This document shows, one piece after another, positions 1-8,136 of a stretch of 38,188 nucleotides of DNA (its first letter is position 1; every line of letters begins with the position of its first letter). The position numbers and the translations under genes were made by a program. Source of the DNA: a virus (lineage: Duplodnaviria; Caudoviricetes). The notes below the pieces were generated by a model that did no database searches, had not been told where the DNA came from, and was given only the letters and a program-made list of their open reading frames with translations. The stretch covers positions 1 to 38,188 of the IMG/VR virus record IMGVR_UViG_3300031519_005349; one strand, given 5' to 3'.

Positions 1-39
1 TGGTATTGTGCTAAAAAATCTTAAAAAGAAAAGAAATAA

Positions 40-71
40 TTGTATTTCAGGTTATATATAGATATATATTA
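40..71 (+). promoter_or_regulatory. Putative sigma70-type early/middle promoter TTGTAT-N17-TATATA(TTA)
   Basis: TTGTAT 40-45 and ATATATATTA 62-71 directly upstream of the tRNA; same architecture and spacing at 24590-24621. Confidence 0.55.
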
Positions 72-73
72 TT

Positions 74-145
74 GCGGAGGAAGTGTTATAGGAAACACAC
101 TTCTTTTCCAAAGAAGAGATGTAGGTTCGACTCCTACCCTCCGCT
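74..145 (+). tRNA. tRNA-Gly (anticodon UCC), CCA not encoded
   Basis: Acceptor stem GCGGAGG/CCTCCGC, D stem GTGT/ACAC, anticodon stem CTTCT/AGAAG with loop TTTCCAA, T arm GTAGG-TTCGACT-CCTAC; G1-C72, C2-G71, G3-C70 and U73 match bacterial Gly identity elements. Confidence 0.95.
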
Positions 146-203
146 CAAAATTTCGGCCAGCTAGGCTACTTAACTATTGAATATTAAATAAAGAGAGTAA
201 CAT

Positions 204-1397
204 ATGGGTTTTAATGATTTCTTCGATGAAGAAAAATTTGACTTCAATGCCGAGCGCAAGAAGTTTATAGGTAACTTAGACTACCTCAAGTCTATGACAG
301 TTCAAGAACAAACATTATATAAAAAGTGGCAAGAATTTAATGCTGATGTCTATTCAATGACTCAAAAAGCATCTAAGTTCTCTAAGATAGAAAAGTCTAT
401 TTGGCTACCTAAAGACATCAACAACAAAGAACAAACTATTAAAGAGATAGAAGCCTTAGAACCTTACGTTGAACCAACAGAACAAGGTAATACTGAACAG
501 AATGAGATGTGGACATTGGTTCGTAGGTTGATTCACACTATGGAGTTTACTGCTAATCCTGGTAGAAACTTAAAGTTCTATGTTAAGGATAAGGTTACGG
601 GTAAGATATTAGGAATTATCTGTATGGGTTCTGATGTAACTTCATTAGGAGCTAGAGATAAGTTCATAGGTTGGTCTAAGGATAATAAATTTAAAGATGG
701 TAAACTTAAATATACCTCTATCGGTACAACTATCTGTTGTGCTCAGCCTTTAGGGTTTAACTTTTTGGGTGGTAAGTTGGTAGCTTGTTTAGTTACATCT
801 TCTGTAGTTAGAGATGCTTGGCAGAAAGCATACGGACAAACCTTAGTCGGTGCTTCTACTACATCCTTGTATGGTATTCATTCTATGTACAATGGTATCC
901 CACTTTGGAAAACATTAGGAGAGTCTACAGGTAAAGTTGCTCTTAAACCAGATGACTCTACATATGAAGTTTGGCACAATTGGATTAAGGATAACGAATC
1001 AGAAGAGTATTTAAAACAGACTACACAGAAAGAAGGTGTGGCTGGTCCTCCAACTGGCGTAAAACAAAAAGTAATCAATATGATATTCAAAGCAGTTGGT
1101 GTTAAAGCATCAACTTACCAACACGGATTTAAACGTGGTATCTTTTTTGCTGACATCTATGAGAATGGTAAAGAGTTCTTACGTGGTGAGGTAGAAGAGA
1201 AGGATTTGAAGATGAGGAAGAAGTATAGTGATGATAGTGACTACATAATGAAGTGGTGGAAGCCAAAGGCTATCAGAAGGTATACTAAGTTATTTGATGA
1301 AGGTAGGCTTAAACCAGAGAAGTTATTCTACGGTGATATCGTAGGTAAGACTTGGGAAGAAACAAAAGAACAATATCTTGGAGAAGTAGGAAGATAA
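204..1397 (+). CDS. DUF4338 (DruA-like) family protein; possible Mom/GNAT-like DNA-modifying enzyme
   Basis: Motifs PGRNLKFYVKD..TGKILG, L..RD..IGW, QPLGFNFLGGKLVA and TTSLYG...Y resemble DUF4338 proteins. Confidence 0.65.
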   Translation: MGFNDFFDEEKFDFNAERKKFIGNLDYLKSMTVQEQTLYKKWQEFNADVYSMTQKASKFSKIEKSIWLPKDINNKEQTIKEIEALEPYVEPTEQGNTEQNEMWTLVRRLIHTMEFTANPGRNLKFYVKDKVTGKILGIICMGSDVTSLGARDKFIGWSKDNKFKDGKLKYTSIGTTICCAQPLGFNFLGGKLVACLVTSSVVRDAWQKAYGQTLVGASTTSLYGIHSMYNGIPLWKTLGESTGKVALKPDDSTYEVWHNWIKDNESEEYLKQTTQKEGVAGPPTGVKQKVINMIFKAVGVKASTYQHGFKRGIFFADIYENGKEFLRGEVEEKDLKMRKKYSDDSDYIMKWWKPKAIRRYTKLFDEGRLKPEKLFYGDIVGKTWEETKEQYLGEVGR

Positions 1398-1398
1398 T

Positions 1399-2646
1399 AT
1401 GGCCAATATAGTAAAAAAGTATATAGAAAAAGCACCAGAAAACTATGAAGCCTTCTACTATGAGTGGAAGAACGATACCACCGATATGAAATATGGTGGG
1501 AAACACAATGGGTACGTGGGTGATGGGTATAATCATTCATCTCAAAATCCAATTATGCAAGATGATTTTCAAAATATGGAACATAAATGGTTATATTCCG
1601 TTAAGTTATATGGAACTGCGGATGAAATTACAAACAAAGAGCGAGAGATTCTAAAATTAAACGAAGCTCGTACAAATTCTAAATGGTATAACCTACATAA
1701 TGGTGGTACTGCTTATGATGTTTCAAAAAATCAACAAATTAAATTTATTTGTGATTCTATAAAAAATGGTGAATGGTTACAAAGCGATGAGTTAAATGAA
1801 TCCCAAATACAAAAACTACTTAATGGTGGTATTCAGGTGAGAATTAATGCAAGTAACCCTAAATTTACTAAAAAAATAGAAACCCTTATAGATGATAAGG
1901 GGGATACATCCAATACAAAACCGTTGGTTCTTGTGCAAAATAAAGATGATATCGCTAAATTAATAAATGGAAATACGACAGGACAAGCTACGTTAGATTC
2001 AAAGCATGGTAAAAAGTTAAAATATCAAGTTATTCCATATAAAATAGTTAAGACTTTTTTAACCAATGACTTCAGAGGATTGGGTTTAGCATTAAATCCC
2101 CCACCTAAAATACCTACTTCTCCAACTACTGTACCAGATGCAGTTGCGTATGTTATGGAAGGATTTAGAGATAATAAAAGACCTGTTAGAGATAACTCTA
2201 ATATGGAGTATCTAAGAGATAATTTATACTTCGATTCTAAGAAAATCAAAAGCGTTTTTAAAGAAGCTGAGGCTCAGATTAAGGGTGGTCATGCAGCTAT
2301 TACTACTCCAATTACTAGATATTCTCAAAAGGCACATAAGTATAAACTTAAAAATAGAGCTGAAGAGCTTGAAAAGCTTTTAGATAAGACTAAGGTATTT
2401 AAATACTCATCAAATATGATTCGATATGGTGATATTTGCCGACAGTTTATGATTAATGATAAAAGAACTAAAAGTTCTAAGATACCTAAGTTTTCCAACG
2501 TAGTATTACTTATACATTTCCCATCTCACGAAGCCTCTCTTGATTGGGATGCCAAAAGAAGTAAAATAGATGGAGATACACTAAAATCATTATGTTCTAA
2601 ATATGGACTATTATTTTCTGGCTTTGAATATATGGATAAATTTTAA
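1399..2646 (+). CDS. GIY-YIG (Seg-like) N-terminal domain fused to a ParB/Srx-like domain
   Basis: FYYEWKN....KYGGKHNG...DGY..SS, E..IL, WYNLHNGG (Seg-type GIY-YIG); QVR...PLVLV...LINGNTT (ParB-like core). Confidence 0.55.
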   Translation: MANIVKKYIEKAPENYEAFYYEWKNDTTDMKYGGKHNGYVGDGYNHSSQNPIMQDDFQNMEHKWLYSVKLYGTADEITNKEREILKLNEARTNSKWYNLHNGGTAYDVSKNQQIKFICDSIKNGEWLQSDELNESQIQKLLNGGIQVRINASNPKFTKKIETLIDDKGDTSNTKPLVLVQNKDDIAKLINGNTTGQATLDSKHGKKLKYQVIPYKIVKTFLTNDFRGLGLALNPPPKIPTSPTTVPDAVAYVMEGFRDNKRPVRDNSNMEYLRDNLYFDSKKIKSVFKEAEAQIKGGHAAITTPITRYSQKAHKYKLKNRAEELEKLLDKTKVFKYSSNMIRYGDICRQFMINDKRTKSSKIPKFSNVVLLIHFPSHEASLDWDAKRSKIDGDTLKSLCSKYGLLFSGFEYMDKF

Positions 2647-2665
2647 ATGAATATGAATAAAACCC

Positions 2666-2694
2666 TTGACTTGTATCAAAATATGTTGTATATT
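2666..2694 (+). promoter_or_regulatory. sigma70-type promoter TTGACT-N17-TATATT
   Basis: Near-consensus -35 (2666-2671) and -10 (2689-2694) with a 17-nt spacer in the intergenic gap before the endonuclease gene. Confidence 0.75.
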
Positions 2695-2720
2695 AAGGTA
2701 TGGAAAAAAGGAACAAAACA

Positions 2721-3302
2721 ATGAGTTATGAAAAAGGTAAAGGTGGGATTCAAGAAGGTTCTACAAAAAACGATGGTGCTGGTATTAGTACTAAATCACA
2801 AATAGATGAAAAACTTCATGAAAAAATAGTCTCAGAATCTGTAGATAAAGTTCTTGGATTTCCTCTACGAAAAGGTTGGGTTGTTAAGAAAAAAGAAAAA
2901 CTAGTATATCTAACCGAAAAAACACATGGTTGGGGCATTAGAAGGAATGGAAGCTCCACAGAACTTGTATCGGATGGGTATTTTGTCTATTACAATAATA
3001 AACTTGTAGGTATTACAGAACACAAAAGACAAAATAAAGAAGGTAATGCGTGTGAAAGATTTTGTAAGTATATTCCCATTGCTTGGAAAAACAAATTAGA
3101 ACCTTGGCAGATATTTGGCTCATTTAGTGGAGCCGGATTTTATAAACCTATTCTAAATTTTGAAGGGGGAGGGCAGACTGGTGCTACTATTGAGATACTA
3201 TTAGATTTAGGAGTAACAGTACTAACAAATCCAACAGAAGAAGAACTTGGTGTTTCTGTTCGTGAGTGGATAAACAAATTGATAGATAAATATGAAAGTT
3301 AA
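2721..3302 (+). CDS. EcoRI/MunI-like PD-(D/E)xK restriction endonuclease
   Basis: SDG....EHKRQ...GNACERFCK matches the EcoRI/MunI GNAxER recognition motif and catalytic D..ExK; ATG 2721 preferred over 2700 because it follows AAGGA and lies downstream of the promoter. Confidence 0.6.
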   Translation: MSYEKGKGGIQEGSTKNDGAGISTKSQIDEKLHEKIVSESVDKVLGFPLRKGWVVKKKEKLVYLTEKTHGWGIRRNGSSTELVSDGYFVYYNNKLVGITEHKRQNKEGNACERFCKYIPIAWKNKLEPWQIFGSFSGAGFYKPILNFEGGGQTGATIEILLDLGVTVLTNPTEEELGVSVREWINKLIDKYES

Positions 3303-4137
3303 ACCATTATTCATTTGGGCTGGTGGTAAAACAAAAATGATGAAACATTACCAAGATATTTTTCCAACCAGATTCGATACTGATATAAAATCTTATTCAG
3401 AACCTTTTTTTGGTGGTGGTGCTATGTTCTTAAATGTTATACAAAGGTATAATATTGAAGAGTGTTTTATAAATGATATTAATAAAGGCTTAGTTGGTAT
3501 ATACAAATCGGTTAGAGATGATGCTGATACTTTTTGTGAAATAATGGATAAACGACAAAAAGAATATTTACCTTTAGATAAAGATAATAGAGAAAAGTTT
3601 TTTTATAAGTTACGAGAAGAAAATGCATGGGATTATAAAAAATGGTCTTTAGTAGAAGATAGTGCTGCTTTGTATTTTCTAATGAAAACTGCATTCAATG
3701 GTATTTGGCAAATTAATAAAAATACAAATAACAGATTTGGAACTCCGATTGGTTTATTGAATCAAAAAGATAAAGTATATGATAAAGATAATGTATTAGA
3801 ATGGAGTAGAATATTAAATAAACTTAATGTCAGTATAAGTTTAGGTGATTGGAAAGATTGTCCTATGGGTGACTTTACATTTTACGATCCTCCATACAGA
3901 GATAGTTTTGCAAATTACAATACGAGTTTTCCTGACAGCGAAACTGAACTACTTATAAAAAGAGTAGAAGAAAATAAAAATGTTTGGCTGTGTAATAGAG
4001 ATAGTAACGATGGTTTTTTTGATAATAGAAAAGCAAACATAAAACGTTTTCCTGTAACATATACTGTGGGTAGAAGAAAGAAAACTGAAGATGGTTTCAA
4101 AGCAACTAAAGCAACAGAAATACTTTTATACAATTAA
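3292..4137 (+). CDS. dam: D12-class (Dam-like) N6-adenine DNA methyltransferase
   Basis: WAGGK, EPFFGGGA, NDIN, FNG, DPPY and terminal TEILLYN motifs. Confidence 0.92.
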   Translation: MKVKPLFIWAGGKTKMMKHYQDIFPTRFDTDIKSYSEPFFGGGAMFLNVIQRYNIEECFINDINKGLVGIYKSVRDDADTFCEIMDKRQKEYLPLDKDNREKFFYKLREENAWDYKKWSLVEDSAALYFLMKTAFNGIWQINKNTNNRFGTPIGLLNQKDKVYDKDNVLEWSRILNKLNVSISLGDWKDCPMGDFTFYDPPYRDSFANYNTSFPDSETELLIKRVEENKNVWLCNRDSNDGFFDNRKANIKRFPVTYTVGRRKKTEDGFKATKATEILLYN

Positions 4138-5480
4138 TGAACATATTCAACTTCACAGATGTCGAGGATAACGACAAGGAATACAAATACAAAATACTTG
4201 TATATCCAAATATAACCTTTCAAAAGGATTTGGAAAAGGATTCTTATGTTGTTGTCCTTTGCAACATCATTAAAGAACTGAATAAGATACGTGATGATTT
4301 ATTCTTTACAATCATATCTCCAGCCCACATCAATAGTTTAGAGTTTGAAAATACTCAGCAGATTATAGCCCCTCAAATCAGTTATCCTAATTCTATGAGA
4401 ATGGCTTTTCCATATAAGGAAGTATTCGCTGGTCTTAAATGGAAAGAGAATGATTATGATATTGTGTATTCTCATTTGCCAGAGCATACAGGTAATCTAA
4501 AGAATCTATTATATAACTCTACCAACATATCACCGGCTATCATAGGTTATACTCATTGGACAGAGTTTAAGGAGATTACTAACTATGAATATCAAGTTGG
4601 TTTAGCTTACAATATAGTTGGTGTTTTACAGATGAGTAAGTGTGGTATTAATACACAAGCTCAAAAAGATTTGGTATTGAAGAATGCTAAAGAGTATTTT
4701 AATGATGATGTGGTAGCTAAGTTAGATAAGATATTAGAACCACAATACCTTGGATGGGAAACACCTAAATACGAAAAACAAACTACAGATAAAAAGATTA
4801 TTGTTTATAATCATCGCCCACATACATACAAAAACTATCCGTGGTTCTTACAGCAAATGGATAAGTTATGGGAGAAGAGACAAGACTTTGAAGTGTGGGT
4901 GCCGCTTGCAGAAAGTAGAGAAAGAGAATATATTACGAATGAGAAGTTTGATAGAGTAGGTTACTTCTCTAAGCTATCTTCTTGTCGAGTCGGTGTATGT
5001 TGTAGGCAAAAGTATGAAGGGTGGGCTATATCCGCTACTGATGGTATGAGCGTGGGAGTTCCTTATTTATTTTCAGATGATGGGAGTTATCACGAACTCG
5101 CAGGTGACGATGGCGTTTACTACTATGATGTTGATGATGCACTAATAGATACCATAGAATCTTTCTTAGATAGTGACTTACTGAGAGAAAAATATTCTGA
5201 GAAAGCTTTAAATAGATTTGAAAAAGGTAAATGGGAAAAAGCTATACATCAATTTAATAATATGATTAATGAAACAACTGATGGCTTATCAATGTTAAAA
5301 GAAGATACAGAGTCTTACAAAAAGGTTGTAGATTTTATCCATAAAAAGAAATCAGTTACTAGAAAGGAAATATTAGAACATCTTGGTTGGGGTGTAAGAA
5401 TATCTTTTAGTGGCTATCGCAATAGATTAAGAAACGAACCAACAATTAAATTCACAAAAAACAGATACGAGGTTAGATAA
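4137..5480 (+). CDS. GT-B (GT4-like) glycosyltransferase with a probable C-terminal winged HTH
   Basis: YDIVYSH, IVYNHR....KN, EGWAISATDGMSVGVP (E-x7-D/E motif); C-terminal VVDFIHKKKSVTRKEILEHLGW...YRNRL looks like a wHTH. Confidence 0.8.
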   Translation: MNIFNFTDVEDNDKEYKYKILVYPNITFQKDLEKDSYVVVLCNIIKELNKIRDDLFFTIISPAHINSLEFENTQQIIAPQISYPNSMRMAFPYKEVFAGLKWKENDYDIVYSHLPEHTGNLKNLLYNSTNISPAIIGYTHWTEFKEITNYEYQVGLAYNIVGVLQMSKCGINTQAQKDLVLKNAKEYFNDDVVAKLDKILEPQYLGWETPKYEKQTTDKKIIVYNHRPHTYKNYPWFLQQMDKLWEKRQDFEVWVPLAESREREYITNEKFDRVGYFSKLSSCRVGVCCRQKYEGWAISATDGMSVGVPYLFSDDGSYHELAGDDGVYYYDVDDALIDTIESFLDSDLLREKYSEKALNRFEKGKWEKAIHQFNNMINETTDGLSMLKEDTESYKKVVDFIHKKKSVTRKEILEHLGWGVRISFSGYRNRLRNEPTIKFTKNRYEVR

Positions 5481-5692
5481 TGTTAATATACATAATATTC
5501 AATGAGGATTACGAATCAAATGCAAAATCATTAAGAGATGCTGTAAAGGCTAAGTGGTCAGATGTAAGTATAAATATGATGGGTACACCAAGAACATTAT
5601 ATCAAGTTCAACTTGACAACGAGGTAGTGTATGGTAAAGATTCAGTAACGGATAATGGTACAATAATAGACTTAATAGAGGAAAGGTTATAA
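5480..5692 (+). CDS. Small protein resembling the Rdx (SelW/SelT/SelH) fold, without CxxC/U
   Basis: Pattern M.I.I......Y...A..L.........I...G.....YQVQLD..VVY.K; coupled to both neighbours by TAATG overlaps. Confidence 0.45.
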   Translation: MLIYIIFNEDYESNAKSLRDAVKAKWSDVSINMMGTPRTLYQVQLDNEVVYGKDSVTDNGTIIDLIEERL

Positions 5693-6462
5693 TGAAGCAA
5701 CTTACAGAAGAACAGATATTAGAGAATTGGAATAAGCTAATCAAACTTATAGAAGATACGTTTGAAGGAGAGCGTAAAGACAAGCTCTTAGAGATGTATA
5801 AATACTTTGAAGATAGGATGTCGGTGGCGCCTGCGAGTGGAAAAGCGGCTTACCATAATGCTATGGTAGGTGGTTATGTAGAACACGTCTTACACGTTAC
5901 AGATTGTGCCGTTAAAATCAAAAACCTTTGGGAATCCGAAAGAGCTATGATTAACTTCACAGAAGAAGAACTTATATTTGCTGCTCTCCATCATGACTTA
6001 GGTAAGGTGGGTGACTTGACAGAAGATTATTATATCCCACAAGACTCCGAATGGCATCGTAAGAATAGAGGTGAGATATTCAAACACAATCCAAACTTAC
6101 AATATATGACTGTAACTGATAGAGCTATCTTTATCCTTAACCACTTTGGTATTAAGATGTCTGAGTGGGAGTATATCGGATTGAGATTAACCGATGGTTT
6201 ATATGAGGATGCTAATAAAACTTATTTGATGTCTTACAATCCTGACTGGTCTCTGAAGTCTAACATAGCTTACATACTACACCAAGCAGATATGATGGCT
6301 ACACACATTGAGTCTGATGAGTGGGAACGGAATGATGAAGAAGTAAGTAGTAAATTCAAGCAAGCCGTAGCAACTAAAACCGAAACACCTAAAGAAAATA
6401 AAACTCCTAACTTAACTAAAAAGTCAGCTGATTTATTTGATGAGTTGTTTGGAGATAAGTAA
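5692..6462 (+). CDS. HD-domain phosphohydrolase (YhaM/Cbf1-like)
   Basis: APAS...YHNA..GG.VEH, ALHHDLGKVG, ILHQADMMA. Confidence 0.85.
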   Translation: MKQLTEEQILENWNKLIKLIEDTFEGERKDKLLEMYKYFEDRMSVAPASGKAAYHNAMVGGYVEHVLHVTDCAVKIKNLWESERAMINFTEEELIFAALHHDLGKVGDLTEDYYIPQDSEWHRKNRGEIFKHNPNLQYMTVTDRAIFILNHFGIKMSEWEYIGLRLTDGLYEDANKTYLMSYNPDWSLKSNIAYILHQADMMATHIESDEWERNDEEVSSKFKQAVATKTETPKENKTPNLTKKSADLFDELFGDK

Positions 6463-6584
6463 TGAAGAAGAATAACAAACAATTCACAACAGTAAGAAAT
6501 CTAACCAATAAGGTTAAGGACTTAGAAAAAAGATGTGAGGAGATTGAACTTATTTTAATCACAATATTACAGGAGAAAACATAA
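6462..6584 (+). CDS. 40-aa coiled-coil peptide MKKNNKQFTTVRNLTNKVKDLEKRCEEIELILITILQEKT (not in ORF track)
   Basis: Fills the gap exactly with TAATG overlaps at both ends; GGAG just upstream. Confidence 0.7.
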   Translation: MKKNNKQFTTVRNLTNKVKDLEKRCEEIELILITILQEKT

Positions 6585-6844
6585 TGATTTTAGAAATAAG
6601 TCTTGCATGTATGACCATTTTATTCGTAACTTCATGTTATGTGATATGGAACTTAAACACAAAGTTAGAATCACTGGAAGATTGGATATCAGATTTTATC
6701 AACACTATAGTAAAGGTACAGGCGGATATGGCAAAGATAGATTACAAAGGTTATTTTGAAGCAGACGATGAAGTCGGACAAATATTTAATCAAATTAAAA
6801 CAACAATAGATCAACTAGACAGGTTCAAAGGAGAAGAACAATAA
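6584..6844 (+). CDS. Single-TM membrane protein with coiled coil
   Basis: Hydrophobic N-terminus (ILEISLACMTILFVTSCYVIW), AGGAG RBS. Confidence 0.7.
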   Translation: MILEISLACMTILFVTSCYVIWNLNTKLESLEDWISDFINTIVKVQADMAKIDYKGYFEADDEVGQIFNQIKTTIDQLDRFKGEEQ

Positions 6845-7632
6845 TGGCAACATCGGTTACATCAAGCATAGAAACAAAACCAGTTAAACCTAAACCAGTA
6901 GTTAAGAAAACTCGTAAGAGAAAGAAGAAAGGTAAGAATTATTACTTTAACATAGGAACTGAGAAAGCTATTATTCGTTATAATAAAACAGATGATGCTC
7001 ATCTTAAAAATAAGATATACAATGAACATATCAGAAAAGCTTTTGATAAGTTGGCTGAAAATATTATTCATACATTTAAGTTTTATTACTTTGATGTGGG
7101 TTCTATAGAGGTAAAGCACGAGGTTGTATCTTTCTTAGTTATGAACATACATAAGTTTAAGGAAGGTAAAGGTAAGGCTTTCTCATACTTTAGTATTGTA
7201 GCTAAGAACTATCTTATCCTTAATAACAATAAGAACTATAAGATGGGTAAGATACATTCAGAAATGAAGGTGTTGGATTACAAAAGAAATCTTATGAGCG
7301 AAAACACTACAAGCGAAACATCTGAAAAATCTGTTTTATTTGTAGATGAGCTACATAGGTTTTGGGATACCAACTTAACCAATATCTTTCGCAGGGATAA
7401 GGATATTAGGGTTGCTGATGGTGTTCTACATATCTTCCGTATAAAAGAGAATATTGAGAACTTTAATAAGAAAGCTCTTTACATCCTTATTCGTGAGATG
7501 ACAGGTTCTAACACTCAACACATCACTCGTATCATCAATGTTATGAAAAAATACAATAAGAGGTTATTATTTGAATTTGACAAGGATGGGACGGTAGATG
7601 TGAGTTATACAGGCTCACTTGTAAACAACTAA
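6844..7632 (+). CDS. Phage RNA polymerase sigma factor (T4 gp55-like late sigma)
   Basis: NYYF...TEKAI, KLAENII....F, KF...KGKAFSYFSIVAKN resemble sigma region 2 of gp55-like proteins. Confidence 0.75.
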   Translation: MATSVTSSIETKPVKPKPVVKKTRKRKKKGKNYYFNIGTEKAIIRYNKTDDAHLKNKIYNEHIRKAFDKLAENIIHTFKFYYFDVGSIEVKHEVVSFLVMNIHKFKEGKGKAFSYFSIVAKNYLILNNNKNYKMGKIHSEMKVLDYKRNLMSENTTSETSEKSVLFVDELHRFWDTNLTNIFRRDKDIRVADGVLHIFRIKENIENFNKKALYILIREMTGSNTQHITRIINVMKKYNKRLLFEFDKDGTVDVSYTGSLVNN

Positions 7633-7635
7633 AAC

Positions 7636-7662
7636 AAAGGGGAGTTTTTACTCCCCTTTTTT
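7636..7662 (+). terminator. Rho-independent terminator
   Basis: AAAGGGGAGT-TTTT-ACTCCCCTTT followed by a T run, right after the sigma gene stop. Confidence 0.9.
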
Positions 7663-7700
7663 GTGCCTTGAAATATTTTTATCAAAAGTTTTAATTTTCA

Positions 7701-7711
7701 ATATTTATATA
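7701..7711 (+). promoter_or_regulatory. Putative late promoter ATATTTATATA
   Basis: Same 11-mer recurs in the intergenic gaps at 9814, 20952 and 37967. Confidence 0.75.
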
Positions 7712-7746
7712 TAACAAATCTAATATATATATCAATGAGGTACAAT

Positions 7747-8136
7747 ATGGCAAATGATTACGAAATATTTGAAGGTAAATCATTATCTGATTTATTTAAA
7801 AATATATATGAAAATACAGTAACCAATAAAACACAACTAGAAGTTCTTATGAAAGAAGTAGTCGGTTTTATCAAAGATGGTGATACTGCTGTGCAAATTA
7901 TTCCTATGTTAAAAGAATACTTGGAAATCAATGTAAAGAACGATGACCAATTAGTTAAGGTAGCTGCTATCGTGCAACGTATAATAGCCTCTGAATCTAA
8001 GAGTACTGGTGAAGATGAGTTTGGGTTGTCTGATGCAGAGAAAGAACAACTCTTAGGTGCTATAGAAGATGCAACTACTGATTTACAAAAACATTCGGAT
8101 GACATAACTAATGATATTAAAAGAGTAGAAAATTAA
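7747..8136 (+). CDS. Helical hypothetical protein, first gene of the late block
   Basis: ORF with GAGG RBS at 7737-7740, favouring ATG 7747 over 7735. Confidence 0.75.
   Translation: MANDYEIFEGKSLSDLFKNIYENTVTNKTQLEVLMKEVVGFIKDGDTAVQIIPMLKEYLEINVKNDDQLVKVAAIVQRIIASESKSTGEDEFGLSDAEKEQLLGAIEDATTDLQKHSDDITNDIKRVEN

Noticed and set aside
204-6462. Complete Druantia defence system
   Set aside because: Only a DruA-like gene is present; no DruE helicase or DruB-D-like genes, and the context is a phage genome
5692-6462. DatZ-like dATPase of a 2-aminoadenine (Z) genome pathway
   Set aside because: Motifs fit the YhaM/Cbf1-like HD family, and no PurZ or MazZ gene is visible
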